Shown: positions 44,352 through 53,590, numbered from the stretch's first letter. The stretch: DNA of 64,000 bases from Singulisphaera sp. GP187 (GCA_945861245.1 CAMAUE010000009.1:60-64059); one strand, 5' to 3'. Notes: generated from the letters alone by a model not told the origin. Translations and numbers: made by a program.

Positions 44352-45455
44352 TCACCGGTGTGGACTTGCGAAAAGAAAGGTCTCGACGCTCACGGCCCAA
44401 TCCTCCCACGGATCCGATCGGCCATAGTCGCGCGAAAAGGTCGAGCTGCCTGTATACCACCAATTCGCGTCTGTCTCCCGCGCTTGCGTGAAGCCTGCGC
44501 CGGGCGATGTTTTGGCATACGTCCAACCACTGAGGTTCGTGAACGTGTCCGCGAGCTTGTTGGCGTTCGCATTTTCCCAGTTGTGGTCGATGTCGTGATA
44601 GATGGTGCGATGCAGCCATCGCGGATCCTCGAACGCGTAGTCGAGCAACGTGCTGCTGGCTTGCAGCGAGTTCCAGCCCAGGAGCAAGCTGCTGCGATCC
44701 TGATCATACCCCTGCCGGCGGAACGTGAGTGCGGATCCATCGGGCATTTTGAGTATTGCGTTGTTGCCCGTGCGCTGTTCGACTTTCGCCAACGCCTGAT
44801 CGACGGTATGGACGTCTTCATCCGTCCAACTTGAATGGGTGGCGACGATGACGTGGTCGAAAATCGGTTCGTTCTTGGCAAAGTCGATGGAGTTGATGCG
44901 CACGTCGGCAGGCGTTGAGTCGTAGATGATGTCGGTGATGAGGAAACGGTCGTTTCCTGCGCCGCCTGAGTGGATATCGCGGCCCGCATTGCCGATGCCG
45001 CCGTTGAGCGTGTCGAGTCCCGCGCCGCCGAAGAGCTGATCGTGCCCGGCTCGCGCGTCCAAATAATTGTCGCCCAGACTGCCCCAGACGAGGTCGGCTG
45101 CGGACCCGCCGTAAACGAGGTCATCGCCGGCACCGCCCTCGGCCTGTGCCGGAATGGGTGTGCGGTTGTCGAAGAAATCGTTGCCTGCATAGCCCTGAAA
45201 CACGACGCTATCCACGACGCCGGTGATGGTAAACGTCTGCGTTGTCGCCTTGCCATCAGGATGCGTCAACGTGGCAACGGTTGTGCCGGCGACCGTGGAC
45301 TTGACCGTGGCGTCATTAGTCGTCGTGCCATCGATGGTGAGCACATTCGTGACGGAACTGTAAACGATGATGTCAGCAAGCAACTCGCGTGGTTCCAGCG
45401 ATTCATCCGCCGGGTGATGCGGGGGATCGGTACGTGCGTGAACATTGGACATCAT
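44352..45455 (-). CDS. Secreted protein with RTX-type (GGxGxD) calcium-binding repeats and an unassigned C-terminal domain
   Basis: Start ATG 45455/45452 (GGAGG upstream). LEPRELLA N-terminal motif. GGAGDDLVYGGSAADLVWGSLGDNYLDARAGHDQLFGGAGLDTLNGGIGNAGRDIHSGGAGNDRF. Confidence 0.7.
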   Translation of the reverse strand: MMSNVHARTDPPHHPADESLEPRELLADIIVYSSVTNVLTIDGTTTNDATVKSTVAGTTVATLTHPDGKATTQTFTITGVVDSVVFQGYAGNDFFDNRTPIPAQAEGGAGDDLVYGGSAADLVWGSLGDNYLDARAGHDQLFGGAGLDTLNGGIGNAGRDIHSGGAGNDRFLITDIIYDSTPADVRINSIDFAKNEPIFDHVIVATHSSWTDEDVHTVDQALAKVEQRTGNNAILKMPDGSALTFRRQGYDQDRSSLLLGWNSLQASSTLLDYAFEDPRWLHRTIYHDIDHNWENANANKLADTFTNLSGWTYAKTSPGAGFTQARETDANWWYTGSSTFSRDYGRSDPWEDWAVSVETFLFASPHR

Positions 45456-45627
45456 CGGCCTCCATTCCGGAGCGGCGATGATGCCTGTTTTACGCAATTT
45501 GTCAAGATGGTTTCTTGGGCAAGTAATAGACGCCAAGCCCAATGGTGAGGTACCCCGGACCGTTGGGATCCGATCTCGCAATCCCAGAGGTTTGAAGTAC
45601 CTAATCTCTGGGATTAAGTCTTTTCGC

Positions 45628-48354
45628 CTACTCCGCCAGCTCTTTCGGCAGCATCGGATTCGCCACTAGCATCACACGGCAGCGGGCGTTTTGCAGGATG
45701 TGTGACGCCCAACTCGGTAAGGCGAGCGGTTTGGCGCGGTCGATCTCGTCGGAGATCGGCAATATGAGGATGTCCGCGTCGCTCTTGCGCGTGTGTTGCA
45801 CGATCACCTCGCCGAGCGATCCCGATAACGGCTCGATGGTCAGCTTACGGTTCACTTGCCGAGCCTGGTCCTCGATCACTTGCTGGACGCCGGCGGATTC
45901 TTCCTCCTCTGCCGCCGGCAGAACGAGGATTTTGAGTTCGACCAACGGATCCAGCGCGGTGAGGATCGACTGAAACAGGTCAAGCCCGTTCTTGGTGTCC
46001 GCCTGGACGAGAATCACGCGGTCTGCGCCGACTCCCGCGTGGCGCAGTTCGGCGATGGAGCGAGCCTTAATCTCGCCCTGGCGCGGGATGCGGTTACCGC
46101 CGCCGAGGTCGAAATGCAGATCGCGATCCTTGCTGAGGATGCGAATCGTGAGCGGCATAGTATCGCCCTTGTGCAAACTCATCCACAACAGAGCGACTTG
46201 ATCGATCTGTTCATCGGCGGTGAATTTGTTCGACGCGCCAATTACCAATTCGTGGACCTTCAAATCGCGCGCGGTACGTAAAAGGGCGTATACGGGATTA
46301 TTCGTAGGTATGATGAGCGGATGCACTTGCTTGCCCGCCGACTCCGCGCGTTGCACGACGGCGGTCATCAGCTCCTGGTCGTAGCTGTCGAGGTGCCCCG
46401 TCGGCCCCATCGGATCGCCTTCGGGCACCGGCTTGGCAGTCATGACGATGATGTCCGTCGTATCGGCGTCGGTGTCGGCCAGCGTCTTCTCGAGCATGAA
46501 CAGATTCTGCGTCGACCGAATGGCCACCAGCCGGCGGAACGGCATTTCGATGCCCAGTTCCTCTGCCGTAATCTGGTCTTCCACTTCCTGATTGAATTGC
46601 TCCAAATGTTTGTGATGCACGCCCTTCAAGCGGCGCTCGTGGACCCATTCCGAGACATAGAACAATACGAAGAATATCCCTGTGAACGCCGCTCCGAATA
46701 TCGTCGCCAGCGGTTTGGTGAAAAGGTTAAGGAGGGCCGCACTGAGCAGCACGAACAGGATCAACAACAACCCGAACGGTATCTCGACGCCGCCGATCTT
46801 GATATTGAATGGGACTTTGTACTCGCGCGGCCTGGTGTCTTTGAAACGCAGCACGACCATCGCCAAACCCTGGAATACGAAGCTCCACACGACGCCGAAA
46901 GCATACGCCTCGCCGAGAATCAGTACGTCGCCTTTGCTGAGCGCGATAATCACTAACTGCAGCAGGACGATTAACGTAAGCAGGCGATAAGTCGTGCCGA
47001 ACTTGGAGTGCGGCTTGAGGAACCATTCGGGCATGACGCCATCCTCAGCGACGCGATTGAGGACGCCGTTGGAGCCGATGATCGCTGTGTTGGCGGCGCC
47101 GGCGAGAATCAGACAGCCGATGATGACGACGAAGGCGTTGAGGCACAACCTGAGCCATTCCGGGCCGACCATGTTCATGGCAAGTCCGCTGATCAGATTC
47201 TCGGAGTAGTCGGAGACACGCTGATTCTCGGGGATGAGCATCACGGCGAGAAAACTGATGCCTGCGGTAAAGACGAGGCTGTAGATGAAGACGATAAACG
47301 CTGCCTTGCGGAAATTTGGTAGCTTCGGTGCTTCGACTTCCCGATAGACTTGCGCCAGCGTTTCCTCGCCGCTCATTGCCAAGATCGAATGCCCGAAGGC
47401 AATCATTATTCCCATCATGCCGATCAGGCCAAGCCAGTCGATCTTCTTGTCCGCCGGTTGAAGTTGTTGCCCGACAGCGGTGTCCTGGAGAAAACCGATC
47501 GGGCTTGGATGCATCTCCGGCTTCTTCGTGTCGGTGTTGATCTTCTCTTTTCCATGGGCGTCGATTTTCGGCTTGACCGACAAGTCGGGAAGGAACGGCA
47601 TGGAATTGGTTTGCTTCGTCACGTCATTCTTTGCGATCCCGTTCACTGCCAGGGTGAGCCCGCACCAGACGAGCATGACGGCAACCATGACGGTGGTGGC
47701 GATCATGATCTTGAGAGCGCGGTCACTCGATTCATGAATGCCGCGAACATTGAGGCGATAGAAATAGAGAGTGATAAACATGGCGATTGCGACAGCGCCG
47801 CCACACTTGACGATGTCGCGCTGAGCGTGATCCGCGATCACCCAATCCGAGTTGATGATGCGTAAACTGTCGAGCAGCAAGCCCATCAGGTAATGGCCAG
47901 CCGAGACGCCGCTGATCGGGCCGGTGAGCAGGTAATCGAAGATGAGCGCGGAGACGGCGATCTTGGCGGCGAATCGGCCGAGCGCCTCTTTGACGACGCG
48001 ATAGACGCCGCCGCGAATGAACAACGAACAGCTTTCGATATACACCGAACGCACGGCATAACTGAAGATCATGACGGCGAGGATGAACCACGGCGCCGCC
48101 GGCCCGACTGCCTGTTCGACGATTCCGCCGATGTAGAACGCCGTGCTGCCGAGGTCGCACAACACGACCGCGGCGGTGCGCCAGTAAGAGATAAACGTAA
48201 ACATGACGCTACTGACGACGATAATACGTGCGGCCTTCCGCATCGTATGGCCGGCACCGGAGGGCGTATTCGATGATGTCATAGAATCCGTAGAGGATGA
48301 AGAATGGTACGAAGGGGCCGATGCCCTTTCAATGGCGAGCACACCACGTGCCAC
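45628..48354 (-). CDS. APC-family amino acid/polyamine permease fused to C-terminal universal-stress-protein-like domains
   Basis: About 12 TM helices in the N-terminal ~650 aa. The C-terminal ~260 aa has two USP-like halves (VHELVIGASN ... CRVMLVANP). Start uncertain (48354, 48282 or 48243). Confidence 0.75.
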   Translation of the reverse strand: MARGVLAIERASAPSYHSSSSTDSMTSSNTPSGAGHTMRKAARIIVVSSVMFTFISYWRTAAVVLCDLGSTAFYIGGIVEQAVGPAAPWFILAVMIFSYAVRSVYIESCSLFIRGGVYRVVKEALGRFAAKIAVSALIFDYLLTGPISGVSAGHYLMGLLLDSLRIINSDWVIADHAQRDIVKCGGAVAIAMFITLYFYRLNVRGIHESSDRALKIMIATTVMVAVMLVWCGLTLAVNGIAKNDVTKQTNSMPFLPDLSVKPKIDAHGKEKINTDTKKPEMHPSPIGFLQDTAVGQQLQPADKKIDWLGLIGMMGIMIAFGHSILAMSGEETLAQVYREVEAPKLPNFRKAAFIVFIYSLVFTAGISFLAVMLIPENQRVSDYSENLISGLAMNMVGPEWLRLCLNAFVVIIGCLILAGAANTAIIGSNGVLNRVAEDGVMPEWFLKPHSKFGTTYRLLTLIVLLQLVIIALSKGDVLILGEAYAFGVVWSFVFQGLAMVVLRFKDTRPREYKVPFNIKIGGVEIPFGLLLILFVLLSAALLNLFTKPLATIFGAAFTGIFFVLFYVSEWVHERRLKGVHHKHLEQFNQEVEDQITAEELGIEMPFRRLVAIRSTQNLFMLEKTLADTDADTTDIIVMTAKPVPEGDPMGPTGHLDSYDQELMTAVVQRAESAGKQVHPLIIPTNNPVYALLRTARDLKVHELVIGASNKFTADEQIDQVALLWMSLHKGDTMPLTIRILSKDRDLHFDLGGGNRIPRQGEIKARSIAELRHAGVGADRVILVQADTKNGLDLFQSILTALDPLVELKILVLPAAEEEESAGVQQVIEDQARQVNRKLTIEPLSGSLGEVIVQHTRKSDADILILPISDEIDRAKPLALPSWASHILQNARCRVMLVANPMLPKELAE

Positions 48355-48687
48355 GCCGCCGACGAGGTTAGCTGACGGGCTAGAGCTTGAAAGTGCTCTG
48401 ATCCGAATTCGGATCCGCGCCCCGTGAAGTTTGATGCTTCGTTGGTTCCCCCGTTCACGCGGACGAAGCCGCGCGATTTGGCTGCATAGGACGGATTATA
48501 TGGCGCGGTCGATGTGGCGGCGTGGCAGCTGGCATCCATCCGATTTGTAGTCCTCTCGTACGGCAAGAGGGCTACAAATATTGGCATGCCTCCCAACTCG
48601 GCCATGAGGTGGGAAAATCCTTCTTGACATTCGATGGGATCGTGGGAAAATTAAACTACCGATGGGCTGTTCGTTTCACCTGTAGAA

Positions 48688-48930
48688 ATGAAGGACGTTA
48701 TGGATACCAAGACAAGGCGATCCGATAATAAGGGGCGAGTCAGCCTCTTTCAGGATTTTGCCGACCAACTATTGATCCTCAAACGCATAAGCGATGATGA
48801 AGTTCGCGTCATCAAGGCAAAGGCAGTACGCAAACGGTATTCGTTGAAGGATATGCTTGACAAGGTGACTCCGGAAACGCTGCACGCTGAGGTGGAAACG
48901 GGACCATCCGTGGGAGTTGAAGAATGGTAG
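48688..48930 (+). CDS. mazE: MazE/PemI-type (AbrB/SpoVT fold) antitoxin
   Basis: 80 aa. DNKGRVSLFQDFADQLLILKRISDDEVRVIK (swapped-hairpin-like) and an acidic C-terminus ending GPSVGVEEW, as in MazE/ChpS. Immediately upstream of mazF. Confidence 0.75.
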   Translation: MKDVMDTKTRRSDNKGRVSLFQDFADQLLILKRISDDEVRVIKAKAVRKRYSLKDMLDKVTPETLHAEVETGPSVGVEEW

Positions 48931-49276
48931 CCTCCTACGTCCCCGAGAGCGTGGTGATGTAGTCATGATCGACTTCGACCCGCAGCAAGGCCGAGAGCAG
49001 GCGGGGCGAAGGCCAGCGGTTGTTTTGTCGCCGAGCATCTATAATGCGAAGGTCGGATTGGCGATATTTTGTCCCATTTCTAGCCAAAAGACAAATTACA
49101 TCTTCGAGGTGGAAATTCCACCCGGCCAACTCGTAGCTGGCGTGATATTGTCCGATCAGGTCAAAAGCCTGGATTGGGCAAAACGCAACGTTCAGAAAAA
49201 ATGCGTTCTCGACGACGAAGTCCTCGAAGAGGTGCTCGCCAAGGTCTACGCGTTGATCGATACGGACGAGAGCTGA
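48917..49276 (+). CDS. mazF: MazF/PemK-family endoribonuclease toxin (N-terminal frame disturbed, see findings)
   Basis: RGDVVMIDFDPQQGREQAGRRPAVVLSPSIYNAKVGLAIFCPISSQ ... LSDQVKSLDW is collinear with E. coli MazF. The only in-frame start upstream of this core is TTG 48917. The canonical ATG (48924) is in another frame. Confidence 0.7.
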   Translation: MKNGSLLRPRERGDVVMIDFDPQQGREQAGRRPAVVLSPSIYNAKVGLAIFCPISSQKTNYIFEVEIPPGQLVAGVILSDQVKSLDWAKRNVQKKCVLDDEVLEEVLAKVYALIDTDES

Positions 49277-49285
49277 CGAACCAGT

Positions 49286-50278
49286 TCACCCATGCAACTC
49301 CACCACGTCCTTGTCGTGCAGCACGTGTTCGCGGCCGACGGATTGGCCGTCGTGAACGCCGCTGCCCCAGATGCGAGCGTTTTTGAGTTGCTCCGTAAAA
49401 TCGCGATGCACCAGGCCGGCCATCTCGACCAGCGTGCTGCCGATGGGGCACGTGAATGGCGACGTCATGTCCGCCGGCTTGCCTGGCTGCTTCGTGTAGA
49501 CACGGATAACGTTCAGGAACTTGTAGATGGCCTCGCTCATTTCCCCCATGCCGGCACCGTGTTCCGCAGAGATGACGTGAATCGGGAACTTGGCTCCGAA
49601 CATCTCGCGAATGATGTCGAGCCGATCCTGGGCACCGGGCAGGTCGATCTTGTTGGCGACGAGCATGGTGCGGATGTACTCGATGGAGTAGTCGTCGATT
49701 TGGGCCGGCTTCTCGCCAACGAGCATCGTCTTGACGGCGGCCAAGCGTTCGAGCACCGTCTCGGCGGTAAATGGCGCATCGTCGTCGCCGAGGTCGAGCA
49801 TCAGAATCGCAGCGTCGGCGGCGCGGATGATGGTGGAGACATACGCTTCCATGAAATCCGCAGTGATCGGCGGCAGGTCGATGAGTTGTATTTTAACGTC
49901 CTGCCAATCCATCATGCCGACGTGCGGCTCGCGCGTCGTGAACGGATACGCCGCCACTTCGGGCGCGGCACGGGTGAAGCGGGTGAGCAGTCGGCTCTTG
50001 CCCGCGTTCGGCGCCCCGACGATGACGTACTGCCCCGCGCCTTGCTTTGGAAACTTGTAGCTGATGCCGACCTTCTTCGGATGCTTCTTCTCATGCTCGA
50101 TTTCGTCGCGAAGGTCGGCCATCTTCGTCTTGAGATCGGCCTGCAGCTTCTCGCTTGCCTTGTGTTTCGGCACGAGCTGAAACATCTTCTTCAGGCACGC
50201 CAATTTCTCGTCGGGCGCTTGGGCCTTCTTGTACTCTTCTTCGGCTTCCATGTACTGGGGGGTGAGGTTTGTTGCCAT
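49286..50278 (-). CDS. OBG-class, DRG-like GTPase with C-terminal TGS domain
   Basis: N-terminal helical EEEYKKAQ..KHKASEKLQADLKTKMADLRDEIE (DRG-like). G1 GAPNAGKS, G2 YPFTTREP, G3 position DLPP, G4 NKID. TGS-like C-terminus VYTKQPGKPADMTSPFTCPIGSTLVEMAGLVHRDF. Confidence 0.85.
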   Translation of the reverse strand: MATNLTPQYMEAEEEYKKAQAPDEKLACLKKMFQLVPKHKASEKLQADLKTKMADLRDEIEHEKKHPKKVGISYKFPKQGAGQYVIVGAPNAGKSRLLTRFTRAAPEVAAYPFTTREPHVGMMDWQDVKIQLIDLPPITADFMEAYVSTIIRAADAAILMLDLGDDDAPFTAETVLERLAAVKTMLVGEKPAQIDDYSIEYIRTMLVANKIDLPGAQDRLDIIREMFGAKFPIHVISAEHGAGMGEMSEAIYKFLNVIRVYTKQPGKPADMTSPFTCPIGSTLVEMAGLVHRDFTEQLKNARIWGSGVHDGQSVGREHVLHDKDVVELHG

Positions 50279-50523
50279 AAGTTCCAGGGGTCAGGAGTCA
50301 GAGATCAGGTAACAGGCGGCAAGCCCCACCATGAGCGCAGCGATTGGTGGGGGTGAATCGCCCTTCATCAGAGATCGCTGATCTCGAAATCGAGCACGTT
50401 CTTGCCTTGGTTTAGTTTCATCGTCTTGCCGTCCTTGGTGAAGAGCCAGCCTTGGCTTTCGTGCCAGTACACGTGGCGGGCCGTCCAGATGCACTTTCGC
50501 TTTTCGCCGATCGTCTCGAGGTC

Positions 50524-51033
50524 CTACTTGGCGGCATTGATCGCTTGTTTCAGGTCATCGACCTGGTCCTGCATCTGCTTGCGCACGCGCAGCGTCTCCG
50601 CCTCGGCAGCACGAGCGGCGGCGGCCTCGGCTTGGGCTCGCGCTTCCGCGGCGGCGGCACGCTGGTTCGCCTGTTCCACGTTGACCTGCCGACGCCAGGG
50701 ATCGTTCGGATTCATCAAAAGCCATACGTTGAAACCGCCCGATCCAACTAGCAGAAAGAACAACATGCCGACCACGCAAACCAACAACGGCACCGCCGGG
50801 AACGGTGATCGTGCCGTCGCACGCGGCTGCGATGGCTCAGGCGACAGGATCGACGCTAGTTTGTTCGCTGGCGAGGCCGGCGTGGGCTTTGCCTGAATGC
50901 CAACGTCCAATGCATCGGCAGCACCCGGCACAAACGTACTCCCACATCGGCCACAATGCACCGGTTGATCCGCCAAGTCCTTCGTGATCTCGATGCGCGT
51001 TTCGCATTTCGGACAAAAGACGGCTATCGCCAT
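50524..51033 (-). CDS. Zinc-ribbon / single-TM / Ala-Glu-rich coiled-coil protein
   Basis: ATG 51033 (GGGAGCAAAACC upstream). CPKCETRIEI...HCGRCGSTF zinc ribbon. TM helix LLVCVVGMLFFLLVGSGGF. AAAAEARAQAEAAAARAAEAETLRVRKQMQDQVDDLK. The longer track ORF overlaps the divergent PNP gene. Confidence 0.65.
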   Translation of the reverse strand: MAIAVFCPKCETRIEITKDLADQPVHCGRCGSTFVPGAADALDVGIQAKPTPASPANKLASILSPEPSQPRATARSPFPAVPLLVCVVGMLFFLLVGSGGFNVWLLMNPNDPWRRQVNVEQANQRAAAAEARAQAEAAAARAAEAETLRVRKQMQDQVDDLKQAINAAK

Positions 51034-51153
51034 GGTTTTGCTCCCTGTCTGTTGGTGTGAGGTAATTGTATATTGTGGGGAGAACCAAAGAACCCCACCA
51101 ATCACTTCGCTCATGGTGGGGCTTGCGTTTTTGAAACTCTCAACAGGTGGGTG

Positions 51154-51975
51154 ATGATGCAACTCTTCGACCAAATCCAAGACGCCAAGAAACTCATTCA
51201 ATCACGCTGGGCAGGTTCACCCAAGGTTGGCATCATCCTTGGCACGGGGCTTGGCGGCCTCGCGGAAGAGATTCGGGACGCCGTCAAGATTCCGTATCAG
51301 GACATCCCGCACTTCCCCGTCTCCACCGTCGAATCCCATGCCGGACGTTTGGCGTGCGGCACGCTCGGCGGCATACCGGTGATGGCGATGGAGGGCCGAT
51401 TCCATTTCTACGAAGGCTATACCCTGCAACAAATCACCTTCCCCGTGCGCGTCATGAAAGCGATGGGCTGCGACGTGCTCATCGTTTCCAACGCCTGCGG
51501 CGGCATGAACCCGCAGTGGAACAAGGGCGACATCATGCTTATCGAGGATCACATCAACCTCCTGGGCGACAATCCGCTGATCGGCAAGAACGACGACCGC
51601 CTCGGCGTGCGTTTTCCCGACATGTGCTATCCCTACGACCATGAATTGATTCGCAAAACCCAGCAGATCGCGTTGGAGGAGAAGATCGTCGTGCAGAAGG
51701 GCGTGTTCGTCGCGGTTGCCGGGCCGAACCTGGAAACACGCGCGGAGTATCGCTTTCTGCGGGCGATCGGCGCGGATGTCGTCGGCATGTCGACGGTTCC
51801 GGAGGTGATCGTCGGCGTGCATTCGAGCATGCGGATACTGGGCCTCTCGATCATCACCGACATGTGCCTGCCCGACGCGCTCGCACCTGCCCATTTGCCG
51901 GACATCATTGCCACGGCCAACGCCGCCGAGAAGAAGCTGCGCGTGCTGGTTCGGCGAATCGTTGCATGTGTTTAG
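51154..51975 (+). CDS. Purine nucleoside phosphorylase (trimeric PNP family)
   Basis: [86 protein letters not shown]. Confidence 0.9.
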   Translation: MMQLFDQIQDAKKLIQSRWAGSPKVGIILGTGLGGLAEEIRDAVKIPYQDIPHFPVSTVESHAGRLACGTLGGIPVMAMEGRFHFYEGYTLQQITFPVRVMKAMGCDVLIVSNACGGMNPQWNKGDIMLIEDHINLLGDNPLIGKNDDRLGVRFPDMCYPYDHELIRKTQQIALEEKIVVQKGVFVAVAGPNLETRAEYRFLRAIGADVVGMSTVPEVIVGVHSSMRILGLSIITDMCLPDALAPAHLPDIIATANAAEKKLRVLVRRIVACV

Positions 51976-51983
51976 CGTCCTCA

Positions 51984-52033
51984 TGTTTACGTTTAGCGTT
52001 CGCATGGCACCATGCGAACGCTAAACGTAAACA
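51984..52033. repeat. gtttagcg-type palindrome directly after the PNP stop
   Basis: tgtttacgtttagcgttcgcatgg / ccatgcgaacgctaaacgtaaaca, 24-nt perfect arms with a 2-nt loop. Confidence 0.85.
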
Positions 52034-52061
52034 ACGAAATCCTCTAGTTTGGACCGGTCCA

Positions 52062-52799
52062 ATGACCCCGACACCACATCGCACCCGTGACCTCACTGCC
52101 ATCGCCATTGCATCGTTATTCCCGCTGGCCATGGCGATGATCTACTTCGTCATTCTGGATGAGCCTGCCGGCGACGAAAACCCAGCGGTGAGGATTGCGT
52201 ATGTTTCGGGCAAGGTAGTGCAGTTTCTCTTTCCCGCCTTATTCGTATTTTGGATTGAGCGCCAGGCCATCCGCCTTGCGTCACCGACTTGGCGTGGCAT
52301 ACCGATGGCGATCGGGTTTGCGACGATCGTTGCTGTCGCGATGGTGTGCCTATACCAGTTCGTACTACGCGACATGCCTGCCTTCGCGGTGACGGCGCCA
52401 GAGATGATTTGGCATCGCCTGACCCAATTCAAGCAAACGACGCCGGCAGCGTACGTCGGCATGGGCGTATTCATTTGCTGCGTGCATTCGCTTGGGGAGG
52501 AGTATTATTGGCGCTGGTTCGTGTTCGGATGGTTGAGACGCCATGTACCGATGTGGTCGGCAATCGTGCTGTCAAGTCTGGGTTTCATGGCGCACCACGT
52601 CGTGATCGTGAGCGTCTACTTTCCGAATGATATCCTGACACTGGCATTGCCGTTCTCGCTCGGCGTAGCGGTCGGCGGCGGCGTGTGGGCGTGGATTTAT
52701 GCCCGCAGCGAATCGCTGTATGCGCCGTGGTTGAGCCATTGCTTGATCGACGTTGCGATCATGGCGATTGGATATGTCATGCTCGAACGATTTTGGTAG
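52062..52799 (+). CDS. CPBP-family intramembrane glutamic endopeptidase (CAAX/Abi-like)
   Basis: ATG 52062; the upstream track codons come from the palindrome. Motifs GEEYYWRWFVF (EExxxR), FMAHHVV (FxxxH), SHCLIDV. Confidence 0.8.
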   Translation: MTPTPHRTRDLTAIAIASLFPLAMAMIYFVILDEPAGDENPAVRIAYVSGKVVQFLFPALFVFWIERQAIRLASPTWRGIPMAIGFATIVAVAMVCLYQFVLRDMPAFAVTAPEMIWHRLTQFKQTTPAAYVGMGVFICCVHSLGEEYYWRWFVFGWLRRHVPMWSAIVLSSLGFMAHHVVIVSVYFPNDILTLALPFSLGVAVGGGVWAWIYARSESLYAPWLSHCLIDVAIMAIGYVMLERFW

Positions 52800-52810
52800 T
52801 GCGGCGGCGG

Positions 52811-53278
52811 TCAATCGTCGTCGTCCTCATCCTCATCGAACTTGAGATTTTCGTGGGGCTTGGACTTGCGGCTGGCGCTATTACGTGGCGGATGCGCCAG
52901 GCCGGCCTTTTCGAGCAATGACTGCTGGAATATGGCCGCGACTTCGTCTGCGAACTCCTCGAGGTCGCTCGGTCTGCCTGTCTCTTCAAATTGGATAGTG
53001 AATACTCGTTTGCCGATCGTTACGATGTCGCCATCTTGAAGGACTTTCTTCTCGGTGCGGTCGCCGTTGACTTTCACGCCATTCGTGCTGCCGAGATCGC
53101 GCAGAACCCAGAAGCCGCTCTTGAAAGTTAACTCGCAATGTTTTCCCGAAATATTGGAGAACTGCAAGCAGATATCGCAGGAATCCCGTCGGCCGAGGGT
53201 GAGCGGCGAGCGAGTGAGCGGAATGTTGTCGCCGCCGCCTTTGGGGATCAAGGCTCCGTTGGGTTGTTTGGCTTCCAT
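52811..53278 (-). CDS. FHA-domain protein with an acidic C-terminal tail
   Basis: LTLGRRDSCDICLQFSNISGKHCELTFKSGFWVLRDLGSTNGVKVNGDRTEKKVLQDGDIVTIG (FHA G-R...S-xx-H...N-G pattern). Ends FDEDEDDDD. Confidence 0.85.
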   Translation of the reverse strand: MEAKQPNGALIPKGGGDNIPLTRSPLTLGRRDSCDICLQFSNISGKHCELTFKSGFWVLRDLGSTNGVKVNGDRTEKKVLQDGDIVTIGKRVFTIQFEETGRPSDLEEFADEVAAIFQQSLLEKAGLAHPPRNSASRKSKPHENLKFDEDEDDDD

Positions 53279-53536
53279 AGATGAGTCTGAATTAGGCCTT
53301 TGATAGCTGCGTGATTGCTGCGTGCCTTCCCTGCCTGCTAAACCATAGCATGCAATACCGCGTTTCTAGCCCATCGGGAATCGGTTTTTGTTTATTACGG
53401 AATACTAATCGACGTGCGGGGAGTGGCTGGTCAAATCTGCGGAAGACAAGGCGTGTATGCGGATTATTGCCTCGGATTGTTTTTCGCTTTACGCAAATAT
53501 CGGCGATTTACGTCGGAACCGGAAGTAACCTAATTT

Positions 53537-53590
53537 GGATGTCGCTCATCTCGCTCATCCCTTTTGGCATGAGCGACATGCGCAACATCC
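53537..53590. repeat. Family F hairpin repeat, copy 1
   Basis: ggatgtcgctcat..tcccttttgg..atgagcgacatg..catcc. The reverse complement of 54033-54086 aligns along its length. Confidence 0.65.

Noticed and set aside
44390-45256. 288-aa alternative-frame ORF inside the RTX-repeat gene
   Set aside because: It has Ser/Thr/Arg/Ala-rich off-frame composition. The chosen frame shows GGxGxD repeats.
48400-48415. Adjacent EcoRI and BamHI sites (gaattcggatcc) as a sign of cloning-vector contamination
   Set aside because: It is an isolated 16-bp palindrome in otherwise native-looking sequence, with no polylinker or vector features nearby.
50291-50494. 67-aa minus-strand ORF (MHLDGPPRVLARKPRLALHQGRQDD...)
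   Set aside because: It has Arg/Pro-rich off-frame composition. A different frame over the same DNA looks coding (see the TAG-tail finding).
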